Shown here in pieces: positions 24,971-36,235 of a DNA stretch of 64,000 bases. Under the pieces are notes generated by a model. It made no database searches. It worked only from the letters and a program-made list of their open reading frames with translations, and was not told where the DNA came from. The DNA is from Azolla caroliniana (lineage: Eukaryota; Plantae; Polypodiophyta): the NCBI GenBank assembly GCA_043228905.1, contig JBHGNT010000013.1, positions 16,058,001-16,122,000 on the forward strand, given 5' to 3'. The translations under genes were made by a program, and so were the position numbers. Numbering within the stretch: position 1 is the stretch's first letter; each line of letters begins with the position of its first letter.

Positions 24971-26068
24971 GTTTGGGGCCCTTTTTGGTCGGTTCGGACT
25001 TCGTTCCCGAAGATTCGCCTTCATCCTTTCCGGAGTCAGAGTCGCTCCGATCTGACTCAACGTTGCCGGATTCGTATTCCGGCATCTTCTTCTTCCCCTT
25101 CTCTTTGCGCATGAACCATCTCCTCGGTTCCTTGTGCGGGGAGAGCACGGCAGAGTCTCCACTACTCGCCGGTTCTTCATCAGACTGGTCATCCCGACTC
25201 AGCCACTCATTCGGTTCACTCAACCGGAATGAAATCGGGCTCTCTTCTAGAGTGCCAAAAACTTCATCTTCTACCTAGACCTCCTCAGGCTCACTAGCCT
25301 CATCTTCCAGAATTGGGTCTTCGTCGGGAGTTGGAGTCGGTAAGGAGTACCATGATGTCGTCTCATCAAACTCGACATCTCGGCTTACTCGGACCTGCTT
25401 AGTCCGGGGGTTATAACACTTATACCCCTTTTGCTCATGCGAGTAACCGACTAGGATGCACTTCTCTGACTTCGGATCTAGCTTCCTCCGCTTTTCATCT
25501 GGTACATGCACATATGCTATGCTACCGAATATCCGAAGGTGTCTCAAATTCGGCTTGCGCCCGAAATATAGCTCGTGTGTTGACACCTTGTCTCCGATCC
25601 GGTTTTGGATGTAGATGGTCGTCCGGACCACCTCAGCCCAGTAGAAATGGGGTATGCTCTTCTTCTCCAACATTGCCCTTGCCACATTGACAATCGACCG
25701 GTTCTTCCTTTCGGCCACACCGTTTTGCTCCGGTGTGTATCTACAGCTAAATTCCCTCCGAATTCCGTTCTGTTGCAGATAACTGTTGAATTGGCTGGAA
25801 AAGTATTCTTTTCCACCATCTAACCGCAGGCACTTGATCTTCTTCTCCGTTTCCCGTTCAACCAAGCTTTGAAGGTTCCGGAAACACTCGAAGACTTCGC
25901 TCTTCCTCTCGATGAGGTAGATCCACGTGTGCCGGCTATAGTCGTCGATGAAGGAGACGAAATACCGACTCCCGCCAAGACTAACGTTCTGTGCCGGTCC
26001 CCATACATCTAATTGTATTAAATCGAGCTTGTTACGGCTCTGGTTTCGTTCGGTGGGGGATGGAAGCC

Positions 26069-29000
26069 TGTTAGGAAACAAGTCCCTCCGGATGGGAAGT
26101 GAGAAGAACAGTACCGAAACCGGATGTGGGAGACCCGGCTACGGATGACCCAGTGAGAACCGGATGACAAGTACCCGGCAAGAGCCGGATGGTGAAGACC
26201 TGGTGAGAATCGGATGCGGAGTACTCGGCAACGGAAGACCCGGTGAGAACCGGATGACGTGTGCCCAGCAAGCGCCGGGTGATGCAGACCCGGTGAGGAG
26301 TGGTCACCGGATGAAGGGACATATTCGTAAATATGTTTCTGAGAGTCCATCTGGACTATATTTGTAAATAGCCAAAAAGTCATATTAGTATAAAATGACT
26401 TAGGGCAAACTTTGTATAGAGTGGTTGTCATTCTTGTTGGCGCAAGACTAGAGAGAGCGTAACAATGTACAAAGAGAGAGAGAGAGAGAGAGGAAGAGGC
26501 CGTTGCCTCTGTTGTAACCGCCGCCTGTGGCGAAGATCATGAGCGCGAGGTCATTGCCTCCGCGAGCTCACTGTTGTAATCATTGTGATATGGTGATAGT
26601 TTGCAGTCTGTGGACTCCCGTGGTTTTTCCCTAGTTTGGGTTTTCCACGTTAACATCCTGTGTACTCTTCTCCTTTGTGTCGTGTGTATTCATTCCCATT
26701 TTTCTATGTTTTATCTTAGACTCGGTTGTGGTGCGTCGAGCTTGCTAGATGAGGAGGCGCGTCGGAAAGATAAGGACCGGAAATGCTTCTCATCCTACTC
26801 AGCCGGTGATCACGGTTGTGTCCGGATGGAGAATGAAGGTACATGCCAAATTGTCGGCATAGGAGACGTGTGGCTGACAACACCAACCGTATGCAAGCTG
26901 CTGCTGAAGGATGTCTGACACGTTCCGGAGGTTCGTCTGAACCTGATATCAACCGGTCGGGTAGATGATGAAGGCTACACGGGTAGCATCCGGAATGGTG
27001 TTATGAAGTTCAGCAAAGGGAGCCTGATTGTGGCTCGGGCCCGGAAGGTAAACACGTTGTACCTAATGAATGCCCGGTTATGTCCGGAGGAAGTGAACAT
27101 GGCATCCGACACTGCCGGTGAGCTGTGGCACAAGAGACTGTACCACATGAGCGAGAAGGGGATGAAGAGGCTTGTAGACGACAACCTCATTCCAGTGAAG
27201 AACGTGCACTTGGAGAAGTGCATTGATTGTCTGGCCAGTCAACAAAACCAGACCTCCTTCCAACCAAGGCCACTGATGAGACATAATGCACCACTGGAGT
27301 TGGTGCATACTGATGTGTGTCAAGTGGACACGAAGTCACATGCCGGAGCACAGTACTTCGTGACGTTCATAGATGACCACAGCCGGAAGCTGTGGGCCAC
27401 ACCGTTGAAGACGAAGGATCAGGTGTTATCCGTCTTCAAAGAGCTCCACGCGAGAGTGGAAAGAGAAACCGGCCGGAAGCTGAAGGCGGTTCGAGTAGAT
27501 AACGGAGGTGAATACCGAGGGCAGTTTGAGGAGTACTGTCGCTCGAAGGGAATCTGGCTCAAATTTACCGTGCCGAAGACGCCGGAACTAAACGGGCTGG
27601 CCGAGAGGATGAACCGGACCATAATGGAGAGGGTCTGGAGTATGCTGGCGCATGCAAAACTACCCAAGAAGTTTTGGGCTAAGGCACTGTCGACGGCGAC
27701 ATATGTGATAAACAAATCACCCTTAGTACCCTTGGACGGAGACACGCCACAGAGAGTCTAGACCGGTAAGAAAGTGTCCTACCGGCATCTGAAGGTATTC
27801 GGGTGTCTTGCGTACGTGCATGTAGCTAAGGACCGGAGAGGAAAGTTGGATCCAAAGACCCGGCCATGCATATTCCTCGGTTACGACAACGATGAGTTCG
27901 GCTACCGAGTGTGGGACATGGCCGACAAGAAGGTATTCCGGAGTCGAGATATTATCTTCATGGAGGACAAGACGCTCGCCGACTGGGAGTCGGAGAAGAA
28001 GATAATGAACTCCGAGTCGACCGGTAGGGATCGATTCTACAATGAGCAGACCCAACTGGAAAGAGGCCGGCTAGCACTCGAGGAACCAGCCGGTTACGGT
28101 GAGGATACCGAAACGGCAAAACTAGAAGTAGAGGAAACTGAAACCGGAACCAGCCAAGACCCCGAATCGGATTCGGATGAAGAGCAAATGGAGGAGTCGG
28201 TTACCGAAGCCCAAAGACGGAGATATCCTCTCAGAGAGAGAAGGGCCCCCCGGAGATTTCCGGATGCAGAGCATGTGCTACTGACCGATGAGGGGGAGCT
28301 AGAAAGCTTCAAAGAAGTGAAGGATGACACCCACAGCCGCAAATGGTTAAGTGCCATGCAGGATGAGATGGATTCCTTGCATGAGAACCATACGTATGAA
28401 TTGGTGGAGTTGCCGAAAGGAAAGCGGGCACTCCGAAATAAGTGGGTGTACAAGTTGAAACCGGGAGATGTCGGCAACCCCTTGAGATACAAAGCCAGGA
28501 TCGTGGTAAAGGGGTTCCAGCAAAAGAAGGGCGTGGACTTCGACGAGATATTTGCCCCGGTAGTAAAGATGACCTCCATCCGGATGGTGTTGAGTATAGC
28601 GGCAAGCATGGACCTCGAGGTAGAGCAGCTGGATGTGAAGATGGCATTCCTTTAAGGTGATCTCGAAGAGGAGATCTACATGCAGCAACTGGAAGGATTC
28701 GTGGAGAAAGGGAAGGAGCACCTGGTATGCCGGTTGAAGAAGAGCCTGTACGGACTGAAACAGGCTCCCTGACAATGGTACCGGAAGTTCGACTCCTTCA
28801 TGACCGATCAAGGGTACCACAAGACGCAGGCCGATCACTGCGTGTTTGTGAAGAAGTTCGAAGGAGGCGACTTCCTAATACTCCTTTTGTATGTGGACGA
28901 CATGTTGATCGTCGGACGGGACCAAGCCAAAATACGGATGCTGAAGAAGGCTCTCAACCGAACCTTCGCGATGAAAGACTTGGGTCCGGCAAGACAGATG

Positions 29001-30553
29001 TTGGGGATGCATATCATCCGGAACCGGCCAACGAAGCAATTGTGGCTGTCACAAGAGAAATACGTGACAAAGGTGCTTCAGCGGTTCAACATGTTAGATG
29101 TGAAACCAGTCGGATCGACACTTCCGGCAAACTACAGGTTATCCAGTAAGCAAAGCCCGAAGACGAAAGCAGAGAAGGCTGATATGATGAAGGTTCCATA
29201 TGCCTCTACCGTCAGGAGCTTGATGTACGGAATGGTGTGTACCCGACCGGATATAGGATACACAGTTAGAGTGGTGAGCCGGTTTATGAGCAATCCCTGC
29301 AAGGAGCACTGGAACGCAGTCAAATGGATACTTCGGTACTTGAAGGGCACTTCAAATATGTGTCTCCGATTCGGCTCCGGAAAACCTCAACTTGACGGCT
29401 TTACCGATTCGGACATGTCGACTGATGTGGATACCAGCCGGTCTACATCCGGGTATGTAATGACATATGCAGGGGGAGTTGTTTCGTGGCAGTCGAGGCT
29501 GCAGAAGACGGTTGCGCTATCAATCACGGAGGCGGAGTACATGGCGGCTGTGCAAGCTGGCAAGGAAATATTATGGATGAAGGACTTCATCGGAGAGCTC
29601 GGTATCCGACAAGATGAATACCAGCTCTATTGCGACAGTCAAAGTGCCATCCACCTTGCTAAGAATGCGGCCTACCATTCCCGGACGAAGCATATCCAGC
29701 GAAGGTATCACTGGATCCGGGAAAGAGTAGATGACCAGGAGTTCGCGCTGACAAAGATTCACACGGCCGAGAACGGGTCAGATATGCTGACCAAAGTACT
29801 GATACCTGACAAGCTAGATGTATGCCGGACGCGGATCAGACTAGTAAGACATCCCATGCCGGAGTGAAGGGGGAGTTTGTTAGGAAACAGGTCCCTCCGG
29901 ATGGGAAGTGAGTAGAACAGTACTGATAAGCAAACTCGGCTGAGGACGATAGGCCGAGGCCGAAACCGGATGTGGGAGACTCGGCTACGGATGACCCGGC
30001 TACGGAAGACCCAGTGAGAACCGGATGACAAGTACCAGGCAAGAGCCGAATGGTGAAGACCCGGTGAGAACCGGATGCGGAGTACCCGGCAACGGAAGAC
30101 CCGGTGAGAACCGGATGACGTGTGCCCGGCAAGTGCCGGATGATGCAGGCCCGGTTAGGAGTGCTCACTGGATGAAGGGACATATTCGTAAATATGTTTC
30201 TGAGAGTCCATCTGGACTATATTTGTAAATAGCCGAAAAGTCATATTAGTATAAATATGACTTAGGGAAAACTTTGTATAGAGTGGTTGTCATTCTTGTT
30301 GGCGCAAGACTAGAGAGACTGTAACAATGTACAAAGAGAGAGAGAGAGAGGAAGAGGTCATTGCCTCTGTTGTAACCGCCGCCTCTGGAGTCTATGGACT
30401 CCCGTGGTTTTTCCCTAGTTTGGGTTTTCCACGTTAACATCCTATGTACTCTTCTCTCCTTTGTGTCGTGTGTACTCATTCCCGTTTTTCTGTGTTTGAT
30501 CTTAGACTCGGTTGTGGCCGAGCGGTGTTCATCAGAGCGTGCAGTTCCTGTCA
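26069..30553 (+). mobile_element. Ty1/copia element D (C-related), with PBS and most of gag deleted
   Basis: LTRs at 26069-~26732 (truncated) and 29878-30553. TSD AAGCC/AAGTC. Pol fragments 26780-29867 carry several stops. Confidence 0.92.
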
Positions 30554-30786
30554 AAGTCGGTGTTGCTTCCTGTTGGGATTACGGTCCCTTCGGATGGGAT
30601 GGTCGGATGTCGGAGATGAATGCCGACAAGCCCGGTTGCGGTTTCGGAACCGGATGATGAAGACCCCGGCTTCGGAGCCGGATGACGAATGTACCCGGAG
30701 AGAGATCCGAATGCGGGGACATATCTGTGAATATGTTTGCCAAGGGCCCTTGAGGCTATAGTTGTAAATAGCCCCAAAGTCATATG

Positions 30787-33700
30787 TGTTGGAGACAATG
30801 TCGTCTATGCGGAAGATCAAGAAGCATTTGATTAGGTTTGAATACCTGCGTATGGCAGATTGTAGGTCGTTGCACATAGAGAGAGAGAGAGAGAGAGAGG
30901 CACAAAAGAGTTTCTTATTTCATAAAGCAAATAATACAACAACCAACCTTACAAAGAGGTTACAAGGTCACTATATATAGTGACCGACTTAGGGCAACTA
31001 CCCTTTATGCTAATTACATAAATGGCCAAAACGGGATAGTGTGAATACGTCCATTATACACATGTATTCGACACTCCCCCGTAATGGGCGTATACATGGG
31101 TTATCTAAGATTACAGGTATAGACTTAGGTTCTCGGACATATCAGCTTTGTTCGAGTCGGCAGGGTCCGAAGGCAGAAGACCGAACTGGTCGGGTCGGAA
31201 CAGTTGAAGCCGATCATTAAGGAACTGATGTCGGTTGTCGGGAACCATCCTGCTCTGTGTCCGGCTCTAACCGGACTGGTTTGTCGTTACGCCCATCTGA
31301 TGCCGAAGAGACCGAAAACGGTCTGCCGAAAGACACTTGGTCATTCCATCTGCGACATTGTCGGTTGTGGATATTTTCTCTAGACCGATTTTCCCTGAAA
31401 TGACGCAGTCCCGAACGAAGTGATATCGAACGTCGATATGTTTGGAGGCGTTGTGGTGAACCGGATTTTTCGACAAGGCAACAGCACCTTGACTGTCGCT
31501 GTAGACAACTGGAGCCGAGTCATGGTCGACTTGTCGAAACGTGTGCGCCAGCCGACCGAGCCACAAAGCTTCTTTTGCTGCGTCGGACGCAGCTACATAT
31601 TCTGCTTCGGTCGTTGAGGTGGCTGTGCACTCCTGAAGTTTCGACTTCCACGAGATTGCTCCATTGCCGAATTTGAAGCAGTATCCGGTTGTAGATTTCC
31701 GACTGTCTATACAGCCGGCGAAGTCCGAGTCGGTGTAACCGACTACGCCTGAGGTTCGGTTCGGACCGAAAAGAATGTCGTGGTCTTTTGTGCCAGCCAG
31801 ATATCTGAACACATGCTTGACTGCGTTCCAATGCGATCGGCCAGGATTGTGCATAAATCTGCTAACGACTCCTACGGCATGAGAAATATCAGGCCGTGTC
31901 GCGACCATCAGGTACATAAGGGAGCCGACTGCCGGTGCATACGGTACCGACTTCATATCTTCCCCCTCCGGGCCGGATGTCGGGCAGTCTCGCTGAGAGA
32001 GCCGAAGATTCATGGGGAGCGGGGTTGAAGCAGATTTGGCTGATTGCATGTTGAAGCGTTCTAAGATACGTCGGATATAGTCGGTCTGAGACAAAAAAAG
32101 ATGTCGTTTATCGCGATGCCGACTAATCTTCATGCCGAGTATGTGTCGTGCCGGACCGAGGTCCTTCATGGCAAACTTCAACCGCAGTTGCCGAATGAGA
32201 TCGGCAAGTTCGCCCGCGTGGCGTCCAGAAATTAGCATGTCGTCCACGTAAATGATGAGGAAGATGGGTGATCCATCTTGAGCTGTGTTGGTGAAGAGAC
32301 AATGGTCCTCATCGCTTTTTGAGAAGCCGATCGATTGGATGAAGTCGTCGAACTTCTTGTACCATTGTCGTGGTGCCTGTTTGAGGCCGTATAGACTCTT
32401 CCTGAGTCGGCAGACTAGATGTTCTTGGCCAGTAGCAACGAAGCCTTTGGGCTGCTCCATATAAATTTCCTCTTCAAGATCACCATGGAGGAAGGTTGTT
32501 TTGACATCTAGCTGAATCAGCTCCAAGTTGTCGGCTGCCACTACGCCGAGTAGGAAACGAAGGGTTGTCATTTTCACCACTGGTGAAAAAATCTCGTCGA
32601 AGTCGACGCCATATTCTTGTCGGAAGCCCTTCGCAACTAGTCTGGCCTTGTACTTTGGGGTGGTCGAATCAGACGTCTCTTTTAGTCGATAGACCCACTT
32701 GCAAGGAAGAGCACGTCGGTTCCTAGGTAATTCGACCAGATCCCAAGTCTTGTTTGCCCGAATGGAGTGCATTTCCGACTCCATCGCCAGATGCCAGGTG
32801 GCTGAATCGACAGATGTCGATGCTTCTTCGTAAGACGTCGGTTCGCCGGCGTCGGTGAAGAAAATTCCAGGAGAGTACCTCTCCGGAGGTTGTGACAGTC
32901 TCTCGGATCGTCGAGGTATGATTGGACTGGTCGCATCGGGTATCGTGGTCGGATGGTCCGAAAGCGGATTGTTCTGCTGTGCCGAGTCGGGGTTGTCCGA
33001 GTCGGTAGTGTAAGGTTCAGCTACCCGTGAAGCTGACCGTGTGTTGAGAGCGGGGCCTTCTTGAAGGGTCGGCACATCGGAAAATGTTACCCTTCGGACT
33101 TCGATCGGTTTTTCGACTGATGGATTCATAGCCGACTCGTTGAACACAACGTCCGAACTTCGAACGATCTGTCTGCGTTCGGGGTCCCAGAGTCGGTATC
33201 CCATTTCGCCGTCTGATCCATATCCAAGGAAAATGCATTTCCTGGACCGAGGTGCAAGTTTTCGGCGATCATCTTTCGGAATAAGGGCGTACGCCTCGCA
33301 TCCGAAGATCCTCAGCTTGTCGTAATTCGGCTTACTGCCGATCCATAGTTCCTGAGGAATTTGAAGTCCTAGAGGTCTACTTGGCGACATATTGATTATG
33401 TGTACTGCCGTGAGTAGAGCCTCTGCCCAGAAGCCATCCGACAGTCCGGAGTGTTGGAGCATGGAAACTATCCTTTCTTGGATTGTCCGATTCATACGTT
33501 CTGCAATCCCGTTTTGCTCCGGACTGTGTGGTGCCGTAAATTCACGTCGGATGCCGCGTTGTCGGCAGAATTTGACGAATGCATCGGATTTGAACTCTCC
33601 CCCATTGTCGGTCCGAAAGCATTTCAGTTTTCGGTCGGTTTGATTTTCTACCATAGCGAGCCAATCTGAGAAGATCGAGAAAACACGATCTTTGGTGCGA

Positions 33701-36235
33701 ATTGGATACGCCCACACCTTTCGAGTCGAATCGTCAATAAAAGTGACGAAGTAAGAGGCACCGCCAAGAGACTGATGCGGCATTGGGCCACAGACGTCCG
33801 AGTGGACCAAATCGAGAGGTCTCGTTTCTCTTGGTGCTGATGTCGGGTGTGATGCGGCTGCTTGTTTGCCATATTGGCAATGCTCGCAGAATTGATGGTC
33901 GGAGAAGGAGAGTTTAGGGATGTATCCGGCTGTAGATAGGTGCGTGATGCCGGCCTTGCTGAGGTGTCCTAATCTTCTGTGCCATAGTGATGACACAGGA
34001 ATATCCACCAAAAACAGGTTACCCTCTCTGAGCGTAACATGTAACGGATACAGTGAGTGTATCTTGGGTCCTCTAGCAAGCAGGAGGTTCCCCCTGTGGA
34101 GTGTCCACCCTCCCGAAGAAAAACCGGCACGAATGCCGTCTTCATCTAGTTGTCCGACTGAGATCAATGGCCTTGAGAGCTCGGGTACATGTCGGACATT
34201 GTGGAGTACAAGTGTAGAGCCACCTGCAAGGTTGAGCTCTACTGTGCCGATTCCGATGATGTCACAGTGTTGCGAGTTGCCGACCCGAACTGAGTCGGAG
34301 TGACGGATCGTATATTGCCGAAATTGGGATCGATGAGGAGTCACATGAAATGACGCGCCCGAATCTAAGAGCCATGTGCTCGATTCTTTAGTCGTGAGCA
34401 GAACTTCTGATCCGACTGGATTTTCGATTGATAGTATATTCGGGTCGTTTGGTAGCACATCAGCTGAGAAGCTGACGTAATTGATCTCCTCATGCCGGCC
34501 ACTCTTCTTGTTGTTCTTGTTCTTGAGTGCGCGGCAGTCGGCTTTGATGTGTCCGGGTTTCTTGCAATAGTTGCAGATTCGGTTATCCCGTGACTGGCTC
34601 CGTCTTCGCTGATTGTTCGGCGGCCGTGAGGAATCTCTTCCTCGTATGTTCGATCGGTCTGTCGAACCTTGTACTACGTAAGCGTCGTCTGTTGAGTCTT
34701 TGGCGAAAGACTTTCTCCGAGCTGCTTCGGTCAGGATTGCGCTCGTGATTTCGGAGTATTTAACAGCCGTGGTTGACGCGTTGCACACGGTTGTGACGAA
34801 AGTTTCCCATGATGAGGGAAGGCTGCTCATGAGTATCATTGCTCTGAGTTCATCCTCGATTGCCGTCCCCTGTGACGAGATTTGGGAGCTTATGCTTTCG
34901 TACTCATTGAGGTGTGCTTGAACCGAATCGGATTCTTTCATCCGCAAGTTGTAGAGGCGCCGGATCAGAAACATCTTCGTTGCGGCGACCTTCTTTTCGT
35001 AAGTGTCCGACAGTGTTTTCCACAGTTCGAATGCTGTCGTACACGATTGCACCGTAAAGTATACCGATTCCGATAGGTGCATTCGAATCGTGGCGCGGAC
35101 GATTCTGTCCAGCTTCTGCCACTCAATTGGTTTGTATCCTTCTGGAGGTTCTTCATTTTCGATGGGATCGATTTGCCCCTTGACTATGAGATAGTCCTGC
35201 ATTTGCTCCTTCCAGAAGTTGAAGTTCGATCCATCGAACTTTCGTAGACTCATTTCTGACGAGCCGGATGTTGATGCCATCAAATTCGGTTTCGGTTGAC
35301 GAAGCTCGGTTCGGAGTTGACTACGAACCTTGTTGGAGTGCAGCCGGTTGGCTCACCCGATATCGTTCTAGTCAGATTTGAACCCGAGTCGGTTCGGCTT
35401 CGAAACTTGCTCGAATTGACTCCGGTAGCTTGAGGGACAGAACCGACTGGTCTTCCCGAATGTTGCCGAGTCGGAGTGAGCCCGGTTCGCTTCGGATATA
35501 TATGCCGAATACCGATTATTGAAACCGATTGTCTGGACCGATTCTGCTTCGGGTGACTGCAGCGACGAGAGAGATGGATCCAACTGATCCTCTTGAATGT
35601 CGATCAGCCTGATGAAGCACGAATTTGGGGTTGTTGTCTTGAGACTGATCTACACCGAGTGGTTACAACGAGCGGCGTTTGATTACCTCTTCGGATGCCG
35701 TTTAACCGGGTGGAGCACGATCGTGTCAATGTTGCACCAGGGGATTTCACCTCGAGCGGTTACGATCACAAGGAACGGAGTACAACCTGCTGGCTTACTC
35801 CAAGCTAAGATGATCTAACGCGATGAGATGCAAACCTGGTTTTTCTTCTTCTTCTCTCTTCTTCGAATGACGCAGGAAACCGAATGCTGAGACGACGGCC
35901 GACAGCGGATTGAAGGACCGACTACTGTGCAGGCTCTGATACCAGATGTTGGAGACAATGTCGTCTATGCGGAAGATCAAGAAGCATTCGATTAGGTTTG
36001 AATACCTGCGTATGGCAGATTGTAGGTCGTTGCACAGAGAGAGAGAGAGAGAGAGAGAGAGGCACAAAAGAGTTTCTTATTTCATAAAGCAAATAATACA
36101 ACAACCAACCTTACAAAGAGGTTACAAGGTCACTATATATAGTGACCGACTTAGGGCAACTACCCTTTATGCTAATTACATAAATGGCCAAAACAGGATA
36201 GTGTGAATACGTCCATTATACACATGTATTCGACA
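30787..36235 (-). mobile_element. Ty1/copia element B2, structurally intact
   Basis: Near-identical LTRs at 30787-31073 and 35947-36235. TSD ATATG. PBS at 35933-35944. PPT at 31074-31081. Confidence 0.97.
31267..35280 (-). CDS. Copia gag-pol polyprotein (about 1337 aa): gag, zinc knuckle, PR, INT, RT, RNase H
   Basis: Single uninterrupted ORF with CNYCKKPGHIKADC, LDSGAS, HSDVCGP/TDNGGEF/AERMNR, IYVDD and STTEAEY. Confidence 0.96.
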   Translation of the reverse strand: MASTSGSSEMSLRKFDGSNFNFWKEQMQDYLIVKGQIDPIENEEPPEGYKPIEWQKLDRIVRATIRMHLSESVYFTVQSCTTAFELWKTLSDTYEKKVAATKMFLIRRLYNLRMKESDSVQAHLNEYESISSQISSQGTAIEDELRAMILMSSLPSSWETFVTTVCNASTTAVKYSEITSAILTEAARRKSFAKDSTDDAYVVQGSTDRSNIRGRDSSRPPNNQRRRSQSRDNRICNYCKKPGHIKADCRALKNKNNKKSGRHEEINYVSFSADVLPNDPNILSIENPVGSEVLLTTKESSTWLLDSGASFHVTPHRSQFRQYTIRHSDSVRVGNSQHCDIIGIGTVELNLAGGSTLVLHNVRHVPELSRPLISVGQLDEDGIRAGFSSGGWTLHRGNLLLARGPKIHSLYPLHVTLREGNLFLVDIPVSSLWHRRLGHLSKAGITHLSTAGYIPKLSFSDHQFCEHCQYGKQAAASHPTSAPRETRPLDLVHSDVCGPMPHQSLGGASYFVTFIDDSTRKVWAYPIRTKDRVFSIFSDWLAMVENQTDRKLKCFRTDNGGEFKSDAFVKFCRQRGIRREFTAPHSPEQNGIAERMNRTIQERIVSMLQHSGLSDGFWAEALLTAVHIINMSPSRPLGLQIPQELWIGSKPNYDKLRIFGCEAYALIPKDDRRKLAPRSRKCIFLGYGSDGEMGYRLWDPERRQIVRSSDVVFNESAMNPSVEKPIEVRRVTFSDVPTLQEGPALNTRSASRVAEPYTTDSDNPDSAQQNNPLSDHPTTIPDATSPIIPRRSERLSQPPERYSPGIFFTDAGEPTSYEEASTSVDSATWHLAMESEMHSIRANKTWDLVELPRNRRALPCKWVYRLKETSDSTTPKYKARLVAKGFRQEYGVDFDEIFSPVVKMTTLRFLLGVVAADNLELIQLDVKTTFLHGDLEEEIYMEQPKGFVATGQEHLVCRLRKSLYGLKQAPRQWYKKFDDFIQSIGFSKSDEDHCLFTNTAQDGSPIFLIIYVDDMLISGRHAGELADLIRQLRLKFAMKDLGPARHILGMKISRHRDKRHLFLSQTDYIRRILERFNMQSAKSASTPLPMNLRLSQRDCPTSGPEGEDMKSVPYAPAVGSLMYLMVATRPDISHAVGVVSRFMHNPGRSHWNAVKHVFRYLAGTKDHDILFGPNRTSGVVGYTDSDFAGCIDSRKSTTGYCFKFGNGAISWKSKLQECTATSTTEAEYVAASDAAKEALWLGRLAHTFRQVDHDSAPVVYSDSQGAVALSKNPVHHNASKHIDVRYHFVRDCVISGKIGLEKISTTDNVADGMTKCLSADRFRSLRHQMGVTTNQSG

